Shown here: positions 8,916-18,547 of the stretch, one piece after another
How positions within the stretch are numbered: the first letter of the stretch is position 1
Layout of the letters: each line of letters begins with the position of its first letter
Virus record (IMG/VR): IMGVR_UViG_3300020331_000002
Length of the DNA stretch: 64,000 nucleotides
Strand: one strand, 5' to 3'
From: a virus
Taxonomy: Duplodnaviria; Caudoviricetes
Notes under the pieces: generated by a model
Database searches by the model: none
Seen by the model: only the letters and a program-made list of their open reading frames with translations
Told to the model about the DNA's origin: nothing
Made by a program: the position numbers and the translations under genes

Positions 8916-9335
8916 GTGCGAATAAGTGAAGTTCTTGATCCGCTATACGAGTTTACCAGCACACCGCCGGACAGACCTATTTCTAAGTCAGAGCTTGATG
9001 AGCTTGAAAAATATCTAGATCAGCTTTATGCGAAGCATGGTCTAGATATTGAGTTCACCCGCCATTTCCTTGATAGAGTAAACGACCAGCGCAACAAAAA
9101 GCAAATAACAACCGGTGAACTTTTTAAAATGTTTGGTAAAGCCCAGCGCGACTACGGGTCAGATTTTTCCACGATCCGCAAAAGCGAACAGGGCGTAATA
9201 CACGACAAAGAAACGGATTTAAACGGTCCGTTTGTAATTGACTTTGACCGCCGCAAGAAGCAATGGACTTTATTCGCTAAGACCGTTATGCGTAAGTCTA
9301 ATTTCAAAACCACATCTAAAAAGTACGAGGTTTAA
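8916..9335 (+). CDS. Hypothetical protein
   Basis: GTG start, abuts TerL; IEFTRHFLDRVND motif. Confidence 0.7.
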   Translation: MRISEVLDPLYEFTSTPPDRPISKSELDELEKYLDQLYAKHGLDIEFTRHFLDRVNDQRNKKQITTGELFKMFGKAQRDYGSDFSTIRKSEQGVIHDKETDLNGPFVIDFDRRKKQWTLFAKTVMRKSNFKTTSKKYEV

Positions 9336-10871
9336 ATGTCTGACGCGTTGGTAAAAAACCCGCACACTAAAACGTCTTACACTAAAGCACAGTTGGGTGA
9401 GCTTGTAAAGTGCGGCAACCCGGATAACGGCCATCTTCATTTTATTGAAAACTATTTTCAGATACAACACCCTACTAAAGGGTCAATGAAGCTCAAGCCT
9501 TTTGAATTCCAGTATGGGTTGATTGACAGTTACCACAACTATCGAAGCTCTATAAGTCTCGTATCAAGGCAGATGGGTAAGTCGACGATAGCGGCTGCCT
9601 ATCTTCTTTGGTATGCTATGTTTGTGCCTGACAGTATGATATTGATCGTATCTAACAAGCACGACGGCGCCAAAGAGATTATGCACCGTATAAGATACGG
9701 ATACGAAAACTGCCCCGACTACATACGAAACGGGGTGGTGGAGTACAACAAGCAATCCATAAAATTCGATAACGGCTCTCGTATAGTGGCGCAGGCAACA
9801 ACTGAGAACTCAGGTCGTGGTTTGTCGATATCATTGGTATACATGGATGAATTTGCATTCGTACAACCCCGTATAGCCAAAGAATTCTGGACAGCACTAT
9901 CACCGACGTTATCAACAGGTGGTAAATGTATTATCACATCTACACCAAACAACGACGAAGACCAGTTCTCTGAAATCTGGCGTCAGGCTAACAAGCTAAT
10001 AGACGACCACGGCAACGAGCGCCCAGTCGGTATTAACGGATTCAAACCATACTTTGCTGATTGGCGCGAACACCCTGATCGTGACGAGGAATGGTACAAC
10101 GAAGAATTCAACAAAATCGGCGAAGAGCGATTTAAACGTGAGCACGAGAACCAGTTCATATCGTTTGACGAAACGCTCATTAGTCCTAAGTTCATGTTTG
10201 ACTGGGAGCATATTGATCCGCTTTATAAAGAAGGCACAATACGCTGGTTTAACACACCGGCAGAGGGCATGGATTACGTAGTTGCCTTGGATCCTAGTAT
10301 GGGTACTGGCGGCGACTTCGCTGCTATTCAGGTTATTGAACTACCGAGTATGGAACAAATAGCTGAGTGGCAATCTAAGCGTACCATTATTGAAAAGCAG
10401 GTAGGCATGTTGCGGCACATATGTGAAACACTCGATGAAGCAGGCGCCAACGAGATTTATTGGAGTTTAGAAAACAATACGTTAGGTGAGGCTGGCTTAT
10501 CAGTAATCCGTGCAATGGGTGAAGAAAACATTCCTGGTATTTTTGTATCGGCGCAAGGCGGCAAACGTAAAGGATTTACACTAACGAACCGCAGCAAGTT
10601 AGAGTACTGTGCTAAGATGAAGTCATGGATAGAGAGCGACACACTTCAGGTGTTTAGTAAGTTCCTTATCGGTGAATTTAAAACATTCGTTAGTTCAGGC
10701 GCTACGTACAAAGCCAAAGACGGAAACCACGATGATCTAGTTCTGTCACTTCTTCTGGCTGTGCGTATTATTGACGTAATAAGTAAGTGGGACGACGAGA
10801 TCATGGATGCTGTCACGGGCTATATGGACGAAGAATCGTTTGAAGAACCGATGCCCCTTGGGATCTTATAA
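9336..10871 (+). CDS. terL: Terminase large subunit (T4 gp17-like)
   Basis: SRQMGKS (Walker A), YMDEFAF (Walker B), ITSTPN, ALDPSMG nuclease domain and HDDLV. Confidence 0.97.
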   Translation: MSDALVKNPHTKTSYTKAQLGELVKCGNPDNGHLHFIENYFQIQHPTKGSMKLKPFEFQYGLIDSYHNYRSSISLVSRQMGKSTIAAAYLLWYAMFVPDSMILIVSNKHDGAKEIMHRIRYGYENCPDYIRNGVVEYNKQSIKFDNGSRIVAQATTENSGRGLSISLVYMDEFAFVQPRIAKEFWTALSPTLSTGGKCIITSTPNNDEDQFSEIWRQANKLIDDHGNERPVGINGFKPYFADWREHPDRDEEWYNEEFNKIGEERFKREHENQFISFDETLISPKFMFDWEHIDPLYKEGTIRWFNTPAEGMDYVVALDPSMGTGGDFAAIQVIELPSMEQIAEWQSKRTIIEKQVGMLRHICETLDEAGANEIYWSLENNTLGEAGLSVIRAMGEENIPGIFVSAQGGKRKGFTLTNRSKLEYCAKMKSWIESDTLQVFSKFLIGEFKTFVSSGATYKAKDGNHDDLVLSLLLAVRIIDVISKWDDEIMDAVTGYMDEESFEEPMPLGIL

Positions 10872-10874
10872 ATA
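10867..10874 (+). promoter_or_regulatory. T4 late consensus TATAAATA overlapping the terL stop codon
   Basis: Exact match, 20 nt before the next ATG. Confidence 0.6.
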
Positions 10875-10894
10875 AAGGAAAAACGGCAACAATT

Positions 10895-11998
10895 ATGGTA
10901 CAATCAGAAATCTCACTTAAGGTGTTCAAACTATTACACTCTAAGTACAACAATATATCACTATTTGACCAAGAAGGCAAGCAAGTAATGACAGCCGAAA
11001 CCGCCGCGCGTTTCTTTATAGAAAAGCCTAATATTATGGTCTACGTTAGTGAAGACGCGGTGGAGTTAAACAAGGGTACTGAGGTACAACTTACTGATAT
11101 AGAAGATATCATTGACTCTCTCAAAACACTTGCCCACCAAAATAGAAGGTCATTTAACTTAAAAGTATACGGGAAGAGCATCGTGCCTAAAGACTTCGCA
11201 CAAGAAATTACTGAATCTAAAATGTTCAGTAGCATGTACGGCAAGACCAAAACCAGCTACCAAAAAGTTGGCGAAAACACTGTTATCACTTATCGCCACA
11301 CCAGCGCAGTGAAAGACAATGCTCAATCACGTATGTCTAAGTTACGTGAGATTGAAATAACGTCACATGGCAAGAAGTACATGATGCCGTGGCCGCACGT
11401 AATGGGCGCACGCGCTATCGCTAAACACTTAGAAACGGGCGGCGAGTACAGTGATGATATAGCTGAATCGTTATACGAGGCGTCTGAGCGCATACGTATG
11501 ATAGGCCAGTACAGAAATTTTATCCGCAAAAAGGATCCGGTTGAGTACAACCTCGCAACCAAAGCCGCAAAGGATATAAACGGCCAAATACAAGACTTCT
11601 TAAAAGTAGGTGTAGACGACGAAGTGTCAGATATTATTGCAAACTTGCAAGAAACTATAACCGCGGGCGCAGTTGCCACAGGCGGTGTAGCTGATAGAGC
11701 ACCGTATAGTCGTAAAGTCTCTGGCATCATACGTAGATACAAAACTCCTGAAAACATTATTGCTATGGTTGGCGAGAAAGTTATGAAGGAAAAGAAGGGA
11801 ATCCTTCCTAAGTCGTTTATGTTCGAAGACGCAGGCGACGAGTTCGATTTCGTAATGAAAGAGATGGAAGAATCAAGCGATGTGTTCTATAACTCTGTAC
11901 GCCAAGCTATCGAAGAAGTATGGGACAGCTATGACGAGAAACGACGCAAAGCAATAGTGTCGCTTGCCAAAGGCGAACTATCGGACAACGTAAAGTAA
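10895..11998 (+). CDS. Hypothetical, probable virion protein
   Basis: 367-aa ORF behind a late motif; internal ITE/LQE sites. Confidence 0.7.
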   Translation: MVQSEISLKVFKLLHSKYNNISLFDQEGKQVMTAETAARFFIEKPNIMVYVSEDAVELNKGTEVQLTDIEDIIDSLKTLAHQNRRSFNLKVYGKSIVPKDFAQEITESKMFSSMYGKTKTSYQKVGENTVITYRHTSAVKDNAQSRMSKLREIEITSHGKKYMMPWPHVMGARAIAKHLETGGEYSDDIAESLYEASERIRMIGQYRNFIRKKDPVEYNLATKAAKDINGQIQDFLKVGVDDEVSDIIANLQETITAGAVATGGVADRAPYSRKVSGIIRRYKTPENIIAMVGEKVMKEKKGILPKSFMFEDAGDEFDFVMKEMEESSDVFYNSVRQAIEEVWDSYDEKRRKAIVSLAKGELSDNVK

Positions 11999-12001
11999 TA
12001 C

Positions 12002-12026
12002 AAGGCAGCTATAAGCTGCCTTTCTT
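12002..12026 (+). terminator. Intrinsic terminator
   Basis: AAGGCAGCT-ata-AGCTGCCTT followed by TCTT. Confidence 0.7.
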
Positions 12027-12080
12027 CAATCCACCTCCCTGATAGAAAAAAAGTGAAAACTTTTCTAACAAAAATTATCC

Positions 12081-12110
12081 TTGACAACTAAATAAAGACA
12101 GTGCTACAAT
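12081..12110 (+). promoter_or_regulatory. Composite promoter for gp32: sigma70 promoter with a late CTAAATA in its spacer
   Basis: TTGACA (12081-86)-18 nt-TACAAT (12105-10); CTAAATA at 12088-12094. Confidence 0.7.
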
Positions 12111-12141
12111 GAACTTGCTCATTATGGCACTAAATGAAAAT

Positions 12142-12220
12142 GTAAATTTTGAATCGTAAATTTTGAATCGTAAATTTTGAATCGTAAATTTTGTTTCGTA
12201 AATTAGATAGCCGTAAATTA
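12142..12220 (+). repeat. Tandem 14-15 bp repeat GTAAATTTTGAATC in the gp32 leader
   Basis: Three exact copies (12142-12183), then three degenerate copies starting at 12184, 12198 and 12213. Confidence 0.95.
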
Positions 12221-12252
12221 TAACAATAAAAATAAATTAAGAGTATCGTAAA

Positions 12253-13296
12253 ATGCCGGATATTAATGAAATTCGTGCACGTCTACAACGTGCTGCCGCT
12301 CAAAAAGACAACCAAGGTTCATCACGTGGACCAAGCCCACTTTATCGTCACTGGGATGCTCCTGACGATTCCCGTATTGAAGTAAGATTCCTTCCTGATG
12401 CAAATGCTGACAACGTCTATTTCTGGCGTGAAAAGCAAATGATCAAGCTTGAGTTTTCTTCGGTTCTTGGTCAACCGGACTTTAACAAGGGTAAACCTTT
12501 TATTGTGCAGGTTCCTTGTGTTGAAATGTACAATGACGGCAGATCTTGTCCTGTTAGTCGTGAAGTATCATCGTGGTTTAACACTGATATGGATAGCCTA
12601 GCACGCAAGTACTGGAAGAAACGTTCTTATATTATGCAGGGTTTTGTTTTACAAGATCCGACTAATGAAGAACAACCGCCCGAGAACCCTATCAGACAAT
12701 TCAATATTAACTCGCAAATATTCAAGAATGTGCGCGAGGGACTACTTGACCCTGATATGCTTCACACGCCAACTGACTATAACAACGGTACAAACTTTGT
12801 TATAAAGAAAACCAAGAACGGCCAATATGCTGACTACACCACGTCAAACTGGTCTCGTAACGAGTCTGCGCTTAGCCAAGAGCACATGGATGCAATTCAG
12901 AAATACGAGCTTAAAGATCTGAATACGTTGCTTCCAAAGGTCCCGTCTGACGAAGACTTGTTAATCATTAAAGACATGTTTGAAGCAAGTGTAAGCGGCG
13001 AACCGTATGACCCTTCTCGTTGGGGTGAACACTTCCGTCCTTATGGATTGAAAACTGAGTCGAACAACTCAGAACAAGGTGCTAAACAGGCTCCGTCTAA
13101 ACCAGCTGACCCAGCTCAGGCAGCCAAAGCTGACGACGCTCCTCCGTTTAGTCCTTCTACTGCTGAACCACGCCAAGAGTCACGCCCAGCACCTGCTGCA
13201 AGCGCTACACCGGCACCTGCTGCCCCAGCTGCGCCGACTAGCTCTGACTCTAACGTAAATGATATTCTGGCTAAGATCCGTTCTCGCCAAAACTAA
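12253..13296 (+). CDS. gp32: Single-stranded DNA-binding protein (T4 gp32-like)
   Basis: VRFLPDAN, VPCVEMY-CPV, YWKKRSY, NFVIKK, YADYTTSNW; P/A-rich linker and terminal helix. Confidence 0.9.
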   Translation: MPDINEIRARLQRAAAQKDNQGSSRGPSPLYRHWDAPDDSRIEVRFLPDANADNVYFWREKQMIKLEFSSVLGQPDFNKGKPFIVQVPCVEMYNDGRSCPVSREVSSWFNTDMDSLARKYWKKRSYIMQGFVLQDPTNEEQPPENPIRQFNINSQIFKNVREGLLDPDMLHTPTDYNNGTNFVIKKTKNGQYADYTTSNWSRNESALSQEHMDAIQKYELKDLNTLLPKVPSDEDLLIIKDMFEASVSGEPYDPSRWGEHFRPYGLKTESNNSEQGAKQAPSKPADPAQAAKADDAPPFSPSTAEPRQESRPAPAASATPAPAAPAAPTSSDSNVNDILAKIRSRQN

Positions 13297-13303
13297 TATC
13301 ATG

Positions 13304-13327
13304 GGCAGAGGTGTGAAATCCTCTGCC
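13304..13327 (+). terminator. Stem-loop after gp32 (weak terminator or stabiliser)
   Basis: GGCAGAGG-8 nt-CCTCTGCC with a poor U tail. Confidence 0.5.
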
Positions 13328-13364
13328 GACTTTCATACACACAGGTTACAATAAAAACAATAAT

Positions 13365-14462
13365 ATGAAACCTATCGATATCTCCAAATTCAGTAAGGAC
13401 ATTACTAAAGCTGTACCCGGTATTAATACAGGGTTTCAGGATCCAGTAACGTGGGTATCAACCGGCTGTTATATGTTGAATTATCTGATCTCAGGTAACT
13501 TCAATAAAGGCATCCCGTTTGGTAAAATCACCATGTTGGCTGGCGAGTCAGGTTCCGGTAAGTCGTATATCGCATCCGGTAACCTTGCGCGTAATGCACA
13601 AGCCCAAGGCGCTTTTGTAATCTTGCTAGATTCCGAAAACGCGCTAGATGAAGAGTGGCTTAAAGCAGTAGGCGTTGACACTGATCCTGACAAGCTCTTG
13701 CGTATTGGCGTGGCTATGATCGACGAAGTTGCTAAAATAATCAACGAGTTCGTTGCTGGTTATAAGGCAGAACACGGCGACAAACCTGTCAAAGAACAGC
13801 CACCTGTACTATTCGTTGTGGACAGCTTGGGCATGTTACTTACTCCTACAGACAAAGATCAGTTCCAGAAAGGCGATCTTAAAGGCGACTTAGGTCGTAA
13901 AGCGAAGGCACTAACCGCGCTTATCCGTACTACCACAAACTTGATCGCACCGTATAACGTTGGTGTAGTTTGTACGAACCACGTATACGATTCGCAAGAT
14001 ATGTTTGATCCGGATCCTAAAATTTCCGGCGGTAAAATGGTTGTTTTTGCGAGTTCCATTATTGTTGCAATGAACAAAATGAAACTCAAAGAAGACGCCG
14101 AAGGTAACAAGGTTAGCCAAGTTATGGGTATACGATCCAAGTGTCGTGTAATTAAAACCCGTTACGCCAAGCCTTTCGAAGACGTTACTGTCTACATTCC
14201 TTATGAGACTGGCATGGACCCGTACTCTGGTGTGTTTGAGTTTATGGAAGCTCAACAACTTCTTAAACGTTCTGGTGCTTATTACACTGCTGTTGATATA
14301 GAAACTGGCGAAGAATTTAAACTGCGCCGTAAACAGTGGAAAGAGCCTGCCAATATGGAACACTTGCTTCAGTTGTTCCTTAAAGTGCAAGAACTGGAAG
14401 ACAAAGCTGGCCTGGCCGACGCTGAAGAAAACTTTGGCGCTGACGAAGAAGAGCAAGCTTAA
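13365..14462 (+). CDS. uvsX: RecA/UvsX recombinase
   Basis: GESGSGKS, LDSENALD, VVDSLGML, TNHVY, SGGK motifs. Confidence 0.95.
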   Translation: MKPIDISKFSKDITKAVPGINTGFQDPVTWVSTGCYMLNYLISGNFNKGIPFGKITMLAGESGSGKSYIASGNLARNAQAQGAFVILLDSENALDEEWLKAVGVDTDPDKLLRIGVAMIDEVAKIINEFVAGYKAEHGDKPVKEQPPVLFVVDSLGMLLTPTDKDQFQKGDLKGDLGRKAKALTALIRTTTNLIAPYNVGVVCTNHVYDSQDMFDPDPKISGGKMVVFASSIIVAMNKMKLKEDAEGNKVSQVMGIRSKCRVIKTRYAKPFEDVTVYIPYETGMDPYSGVFEFMEAQQLLKRSGAYYTAVDIETGEEFKLRRKQWKEPANMEHLLQLFLKVQELEDKAGLADAEENFGADEEEQA

Positions 14463-14501
14463 TATATAGGGCACGATGTGCCCTATAACCAGAGGTTTAT
14501 T

Positions 14502-14840
14502 ATGACAGAAGAAATCATGCACAGTCCGTTTCCTTCAGATTCGACTGAATTCAAAAAAGCGTATTGTCAATTACTTGCTTATGTAAAGCAAAAAGAATCT
14601 AGAGAAACCGTGATAGCACAGTTGGTGGCTTTAGAAAAAACGTTATTAGTTGATATGAATGCTGCTTTGTGGGCAAAAACACCGACTAACTTCGAGTATA
14701 CCGTTCGTATGTTTGTTGAATACGGCATAGACAGACGGTTTGTGCGACTACGACAGCGGTTCCCTAACCCTAAAAAGTTGGCTATCATGTTATTCCGTAC
14801 CATTAGAGTAGCAGTGGAGCGAATGGATGAGCCTAACTAA
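14502..14840 (+). CDS. Hypothetical protein
   Basis: ORF track 14478..14840; ATG at 14502 has a GAGGT SD. Confidence 0.65.
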   Translation: MTEEIMHSPFPSDSTEFKKAYCQLLAYVKQKESRETVIAQLVALEKTLLVDMNAALWAKTPTNFEYTVRMFVEYGIDRRFVRLRQRFPNPKKLAIMLFRTIRVAVERMDEPN

Positions 14841-15291
14841 CTGGTTTTATGTAGTTAGTAGTGACTTGTCACGCATCCCGGACGCGGTTGCATTTTACGA
14901 GAAAGAGTATGAAGAGGGTAGAAAGTTCTTGCCTTTGGAAGGCGCGATATCCCGTAAGTGCGGCCAGCTTGCTACTGTAGTTGACAAGTACTACGCCTAT
15001 TACCAAGAGATAGAGGCAATACTGGAACACTTGAATATAGAACAGAAAAAAGTTCGTGCGCAAGTGTTTAAGAAGTACCTTGAAAATTACCAGCGCTCGT
15101 TAAGCTCCCGTGACTGTGAGAAATACTGTGACGGCGATCCTGCGGTAATTAACGTTGCGATGTTGGTTAACGAATGGTCTCTTGTGCGAAACAAGTACCA
15201 AGGATTGCACAAATCTTTGGAAAACATGAACTGGATGATCGGGCATGTTGTTCGCTTGCGAGCCGCTGGCCTTGACGACGCTCATTTTTAA
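14827..15291 (+). CDS. uvsY: Recombination mediator UvsY-like protein
   Basis: Helical protein with KYLENYQRSLSSRD-EKYCDGD; lies between uvsX and uvsW. Confidence 0.75.
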   Translation: MSLTNWFYVVSSDLSRIPDAVAFYEKEYEEGRKFLPLEGAISRKCGQLATVVDKYYAYYQEIEAILEHLNIEQKKVRAQVFKKYLENYQRSLSSRDCEKYCDGDPAVINVAMLVNEWSLVRNKYQGLHKSLENMNWMIGHVVRLRAAGLDDAHF

Positions 15292-15333
15292 TTTAGGACT
15301 AAATATAAGCGTAGGTATTATAAAGGAAATCAC

Positions 15334-15519
15334 ATGAAAGTTGACCCTCAGATTCGTTGGAGACAAGTAGTGCCTTGGATCGAGTCAAAGAGTCAAAAGC
15401 GTAACGACTTACTCAGAACATCTGGATCGCCATGTGTAGATAATCCAATAGAACAAATTTATAAAAGTAGCTTCAAACCGAAACATCGAAAACCGTCTTA
15501 TATTGACATTTATGTCTAA
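15334..15519 (+). CDS. Small hypothetical protein (61 aa)
   Basis: AAGGA SD; CTAAATA at 15299-15305. Confidence 0.55.
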   Translation: MKVDPQIRWRQVVPWIESKSQKRNDLLRTSGSPCVDNPIEQIYKSSFKPKHRKPSYIDIYV

Positions 15520-15587
15520 TTACTAATAGATGCAAACGTAGTTTCAGGTTAACGGGCTTAGATATAATACCTGCGCCGAATTCGATT

Positions 15588-17051
15588 ATGAAAACGGCAA
15601 TTATAAAAATATTAGACGAAGTAAACGTCAAAATAGAAGGCGCTGATCCGCTAGTCAGACGTAAAATGGTAGACGCTTGTCGGTTCTTTGTACCGAATGC
15701 TCGCCATACGCCTGCGTATAAATTAGGCCGATGGGACGGGTATAAAAACCTCTGTACTATCGGTGGTAGAACTTATCTAGCCATGCTGGAAAGAGTTCTG
15801 CCTATTCTAATAGAAGCAGGATACCACGTTGACATAGACGACCAACGCCAAGACTTTAGTTTCATTAAGTTCGATGAGCTTAAGTCAGATTCTTACTCTC
15901 ACTTTATATGGCCTGAAGGCCATCCTTTCGAAGGGCAAGCCCTTTCTCTGTATGACCACCAGCTAGACGTACTCAACGGTTGTGGTCAGAACTTACAAAG
16001 TGTTTATATTGCGCCTACCGCAGCCGGGAAGACGATCGTCACAGCTATACTGAGTGACATGATAGGCAAGTATGGCGGTTCTCTCGTAATAGTTCCAACT
16101 AAAGACCTTGTAGACCAAACATGTGAAGAATACCACAACATGGGTTTGGATTACGGTAAGTTTTACGGGGACGAGAAAAACGTCACAGCGCAACATATAG
16201 TTGGCACATGGCAGTCACTTGAACAGGCGCGTCTTAACACTAAAAAGCAGAACGGTAAGGTAACTATCGATCAAGTATTGGACGGCAAAGTCGGCGTTAT
16301 TGTGGATGAAACACACAAAGCAAAAGGCACTGTATTACTTGATCTACTTTGTAACGAAATGGCGCATATTCCTATTCGCTGGGGTCTAACAGGTACGTTG
16401 CCAGAAGACGAGATTGGTCAGTGTTCGCTAGAGTGTGCGGTGGGTCCTACATCTGGTAAAATAGATAACCGTGACCTACAAGAAAAAGGCATCCTTAGTA
16501 AGTGTCATATAGATGTGTTGCAGACTGTGGAGTTATACGAAAAGATAGGTGACTATCACACTGAGAATAAGTTCTTAACTAGTGATCGCAAGCGTATAGA
16601 GAGTATAGTTGAGAAACTTATCTTGCCTAAGAAGGATGGCCAAAACGCGCTTATCCTTGTTGATAAAATACCGACTGGTAAATTGCTTGAAGAACTAATC
16701 CCAGGAAGTATATTCGTTCACGGCGGTACCCCTAAAGACAAGCGTAAAGAAGCATATGACTTGGCGAAAACCAACGACGACATAACGGTAATTGCTACAA
16801 CCGGGGTAGCGTCAACTGGTATCTCGATTAACCGTATATTCAAATTGTTTATGTTTGAGCTGGGCAAGTCGTATATCAAAATCATTCAGACGATAGGTCG
16901 TGGCTTGCGTATAGCCAAAGACAAAGACTTTGTCAACATCTACGACATATGTGCAAACACCAAGTATTCTAAGAAGCACTTGACTGTGAGAAAGAAACAC
17001 TATCGCACTCATGGCTATCCGCATAAAGTGAACAAGGTGGAAATCTACTGA
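15588..17051 (+). CDS. uvsW: UvsW-like superfamily 2 helicase
   Basis: WDG, APTAAGKT, IVDETH, GLTGT, TGISI and QTIGRGLR motifs. Confidence 0.92.
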   Translation: MKTAIIKILDEVNVKIEGADPLVRRKMVDACRFFVPNARHTPAYKLGRWDGYKNLCTIGGRTYLAMLERVLPILIEAGYHVDIDDQRQDFSFIKFDELKSDSYSHFIWPEGHPFEGQALSLYDHQLDVLNGCGQNLQSVYIAPTAAGKTIVTAILSDMIGKYGGSLVIVPTKDLVDQTCEEYHNMGLDYGKFYGDEKNVTAQHIVGTWQSLEQARLNTKKQNGKVTIDQVLDGKVGVIVDETHKAKGTVLLDLLCNEMAHIPIRWGLTGTLPEDEIGQCSLECAVGPTSGKIDNRDLQEKGILSKCHIDVLQTVELYEKIGDYHTENKFLTSDRKRIESIVEKLILPKKDGQNALILVDKIPTGKLLEELIPGSIFVHGGTPKDKRKEAYDLAKTNDDITVIATTGVASTGISINRIFKLFMFELGKSYIKIIQTIGRGLRIAKDKDFVNIYDICANTKYSKKHLTVRKKHYRTHGYPHKVNKVEIY

Positions 17052-17557
17052 TGATAAAAATGATTGCAGCACACGACACCAATAAAGGCATCGGTATTGA
17101 CAATAAGCTGCCGTGGCATTTGCCTGAAGACCTCGCTCATTTTAAACGTGAGACTGAAGGCAAATATGTCCTGATGGGTAGAAAAACTTTCGAAAGTATC
17201 GGAAGGCCCTTGCCGAATAGGCACTCAGTTGTCTTGACACGTGATACCGATTGGCCTTATAATAGTGACTTGGCTAGTAATGATAACTTCGACACTTTGA
17301 ATACGCGTGTAGAGCTGCTAGAGTTCTTAAACTACGCTGAACAACGCGGCGAAGATGTCATAGTTATAGGCGGCAGTGAGATTTACCAAATGCTGATTAA
17401 GTCAGCTGATGAGCTTATTATCACTGTCGTTGAGGGCGATTATAAGGTTGATTCTTATTTCCCTGATTACGAGCAACTTTTCGAAGAATACGAAAGAAGT
17501 CAGCACACAAGTAAAACTGGCTTAGGCTATACAATAATAAGAATGAGAGCCGTATGA
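17051..17557 (+). CDS. folA: Dihydrofolate reductase
   Basis: GIGIDNKLPWHLPEDLAHFK, LMGRKTFESIGRPLPNR, IGGSEIY. Confidence 0.97.
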   Translation: MIKMIAAHDTNKGIGIDNKLPWHLPEDLAHFKRETEGKYVLMGRKTFESIGRPLPNRHSVVLTRDTDWPYNSDLASNDNFDTLNTRVELLEFLNYAEQRGEDVIVIGGSEIYQMLIKSADELIITVVEGDYKVDSYFPDYEQLFEEYERSQHTSKTGLGYTIIRMRAV

Positions 17558-18078
17558 AAATACTCACACCCGATAACACACTGTACGACTTGGATCAAAT
17601 GCCTGACATGGTTGACGATGTCAAGTTCAGCGTGCTTGACTTCAGTAAAGGCCGCCGTAATATAGATGAGCCTGATTTCTATTTCAGTAGCTTAATCTTT
17701 ATGGAGCGCTTTTCTACTCCTGCTGCGCTACTGCAAATAGGTGAATTTGAACTTAAGGTACCACTAAACTGGTCTATCATGATTACCAGTAATGAGTTTG
17801 ATGAAATGTGCATGGTGCCTATTAACTCAATACCCAAGCGCAACTTTACCGCGTTCGTGTATAACCCGTTAAAAGGCGGCCTACCATCAGCACTACCTGT
17901 TGAAATTAAAACGCTGTATCGCAACTATGAATGGCACGCACCTAAGGTGAACCCGGCTAACTTGATTACTATGCCTATTAGTAATACAGAAAACGCTATT
18001 AGAGGTCCACACTGCGTCTATATCGCACGCGAAACAGCAAACGTTCCAAAGACATTCTCACTAGCGGATATACTGTGA
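17554..18078 (+). CDS. Hypothetical all-beta protein (possible degenerate Hint-like fold)
   Basis: ATGA overlap with folA; beta-strand spacing pattern (see findings). Confidence 0.7.
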   Translation: MKILTPDNTLYDLDQMPDMVDDVKFSVLDFSKGRRNIDEPDFYFSSLIFMERFSTPAALLQIGEFELKVPLNWSIMITSNEFDEMCMVPINSIPKRNFTAFVYNPLKGGLPSALPVEIKTLYRNYEWHAPKVNPANLITMPISNTENAIRGPHCVYIARETANVPKTFSLADIL

Positions 18079-18079
18079 T

Positions 18080-18547
18080 ATGAGCACTACGAGCAAGCGC
18101 AAAATTGATCTTAAATCGATGTTGAACGCAGTTGCCATGGCCGACTTTGGATGGTACGATCGTTTAGACGAAGACCAACAAAAAGAGCTCAGCATTTATG
18201 CGCTTAATCGGTTTATTAGTAATTCGTCAAAATACCCTGATATGTCTATTATTATGGTAAATGACTTAGCTAACGTTCATGCGAACGTATTCTATAAGCA
18301 CAAAGCGATGCACTGGAAGCTCGTATGTGCTGCGATCGGCATGGGGCATGCTATGCGATTTGAATACGTGCCGCCGCCGAAACGTAAAAAACTTGATCCT
18401 ATGACTTCTATTGTCATGGAAGCCAATCCTTTATGGAATGAGACTGAAGCCCAAATAGTACTAAGTAGTATGAGCAAGAAAGAAAAACGCTTGTATCTTA
18501 AAGACAGGGGCTATCAGAACGATGAGATTAAAAAGTTGGTTAAGTAA
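18080..18547 (+). CDS. Possible clamp loader small subunit (T4 gp62-like)
   Basis: 'YALNRFIS', 'W-L-CA', KRKK and 'EAQIVLS-MSKKE' pattern resemble gp62; weak by-eye match. Confidence 0.45.
   Translation: MSTTSKRKIDLKSMLNAVAMADFGWYDRLDEDQQKELSIYALNRFISNSSKYPDMSIIMVNDLANVHANVFYKHKAMHWKLVCAAIGMGHAMRFEYVPPPKRKKLDPMTSIVMEANPLWNETEAQIVLSSMSKKEKRLYLKDRGYQNDEIKKLVK

Noticed and set aside
12142-12220. Repeat array as a mini-CRISPR
   Set aside because: Units are directly adjacent with no unique spacers, are only 14 bp long, and no cas genes are nearby.
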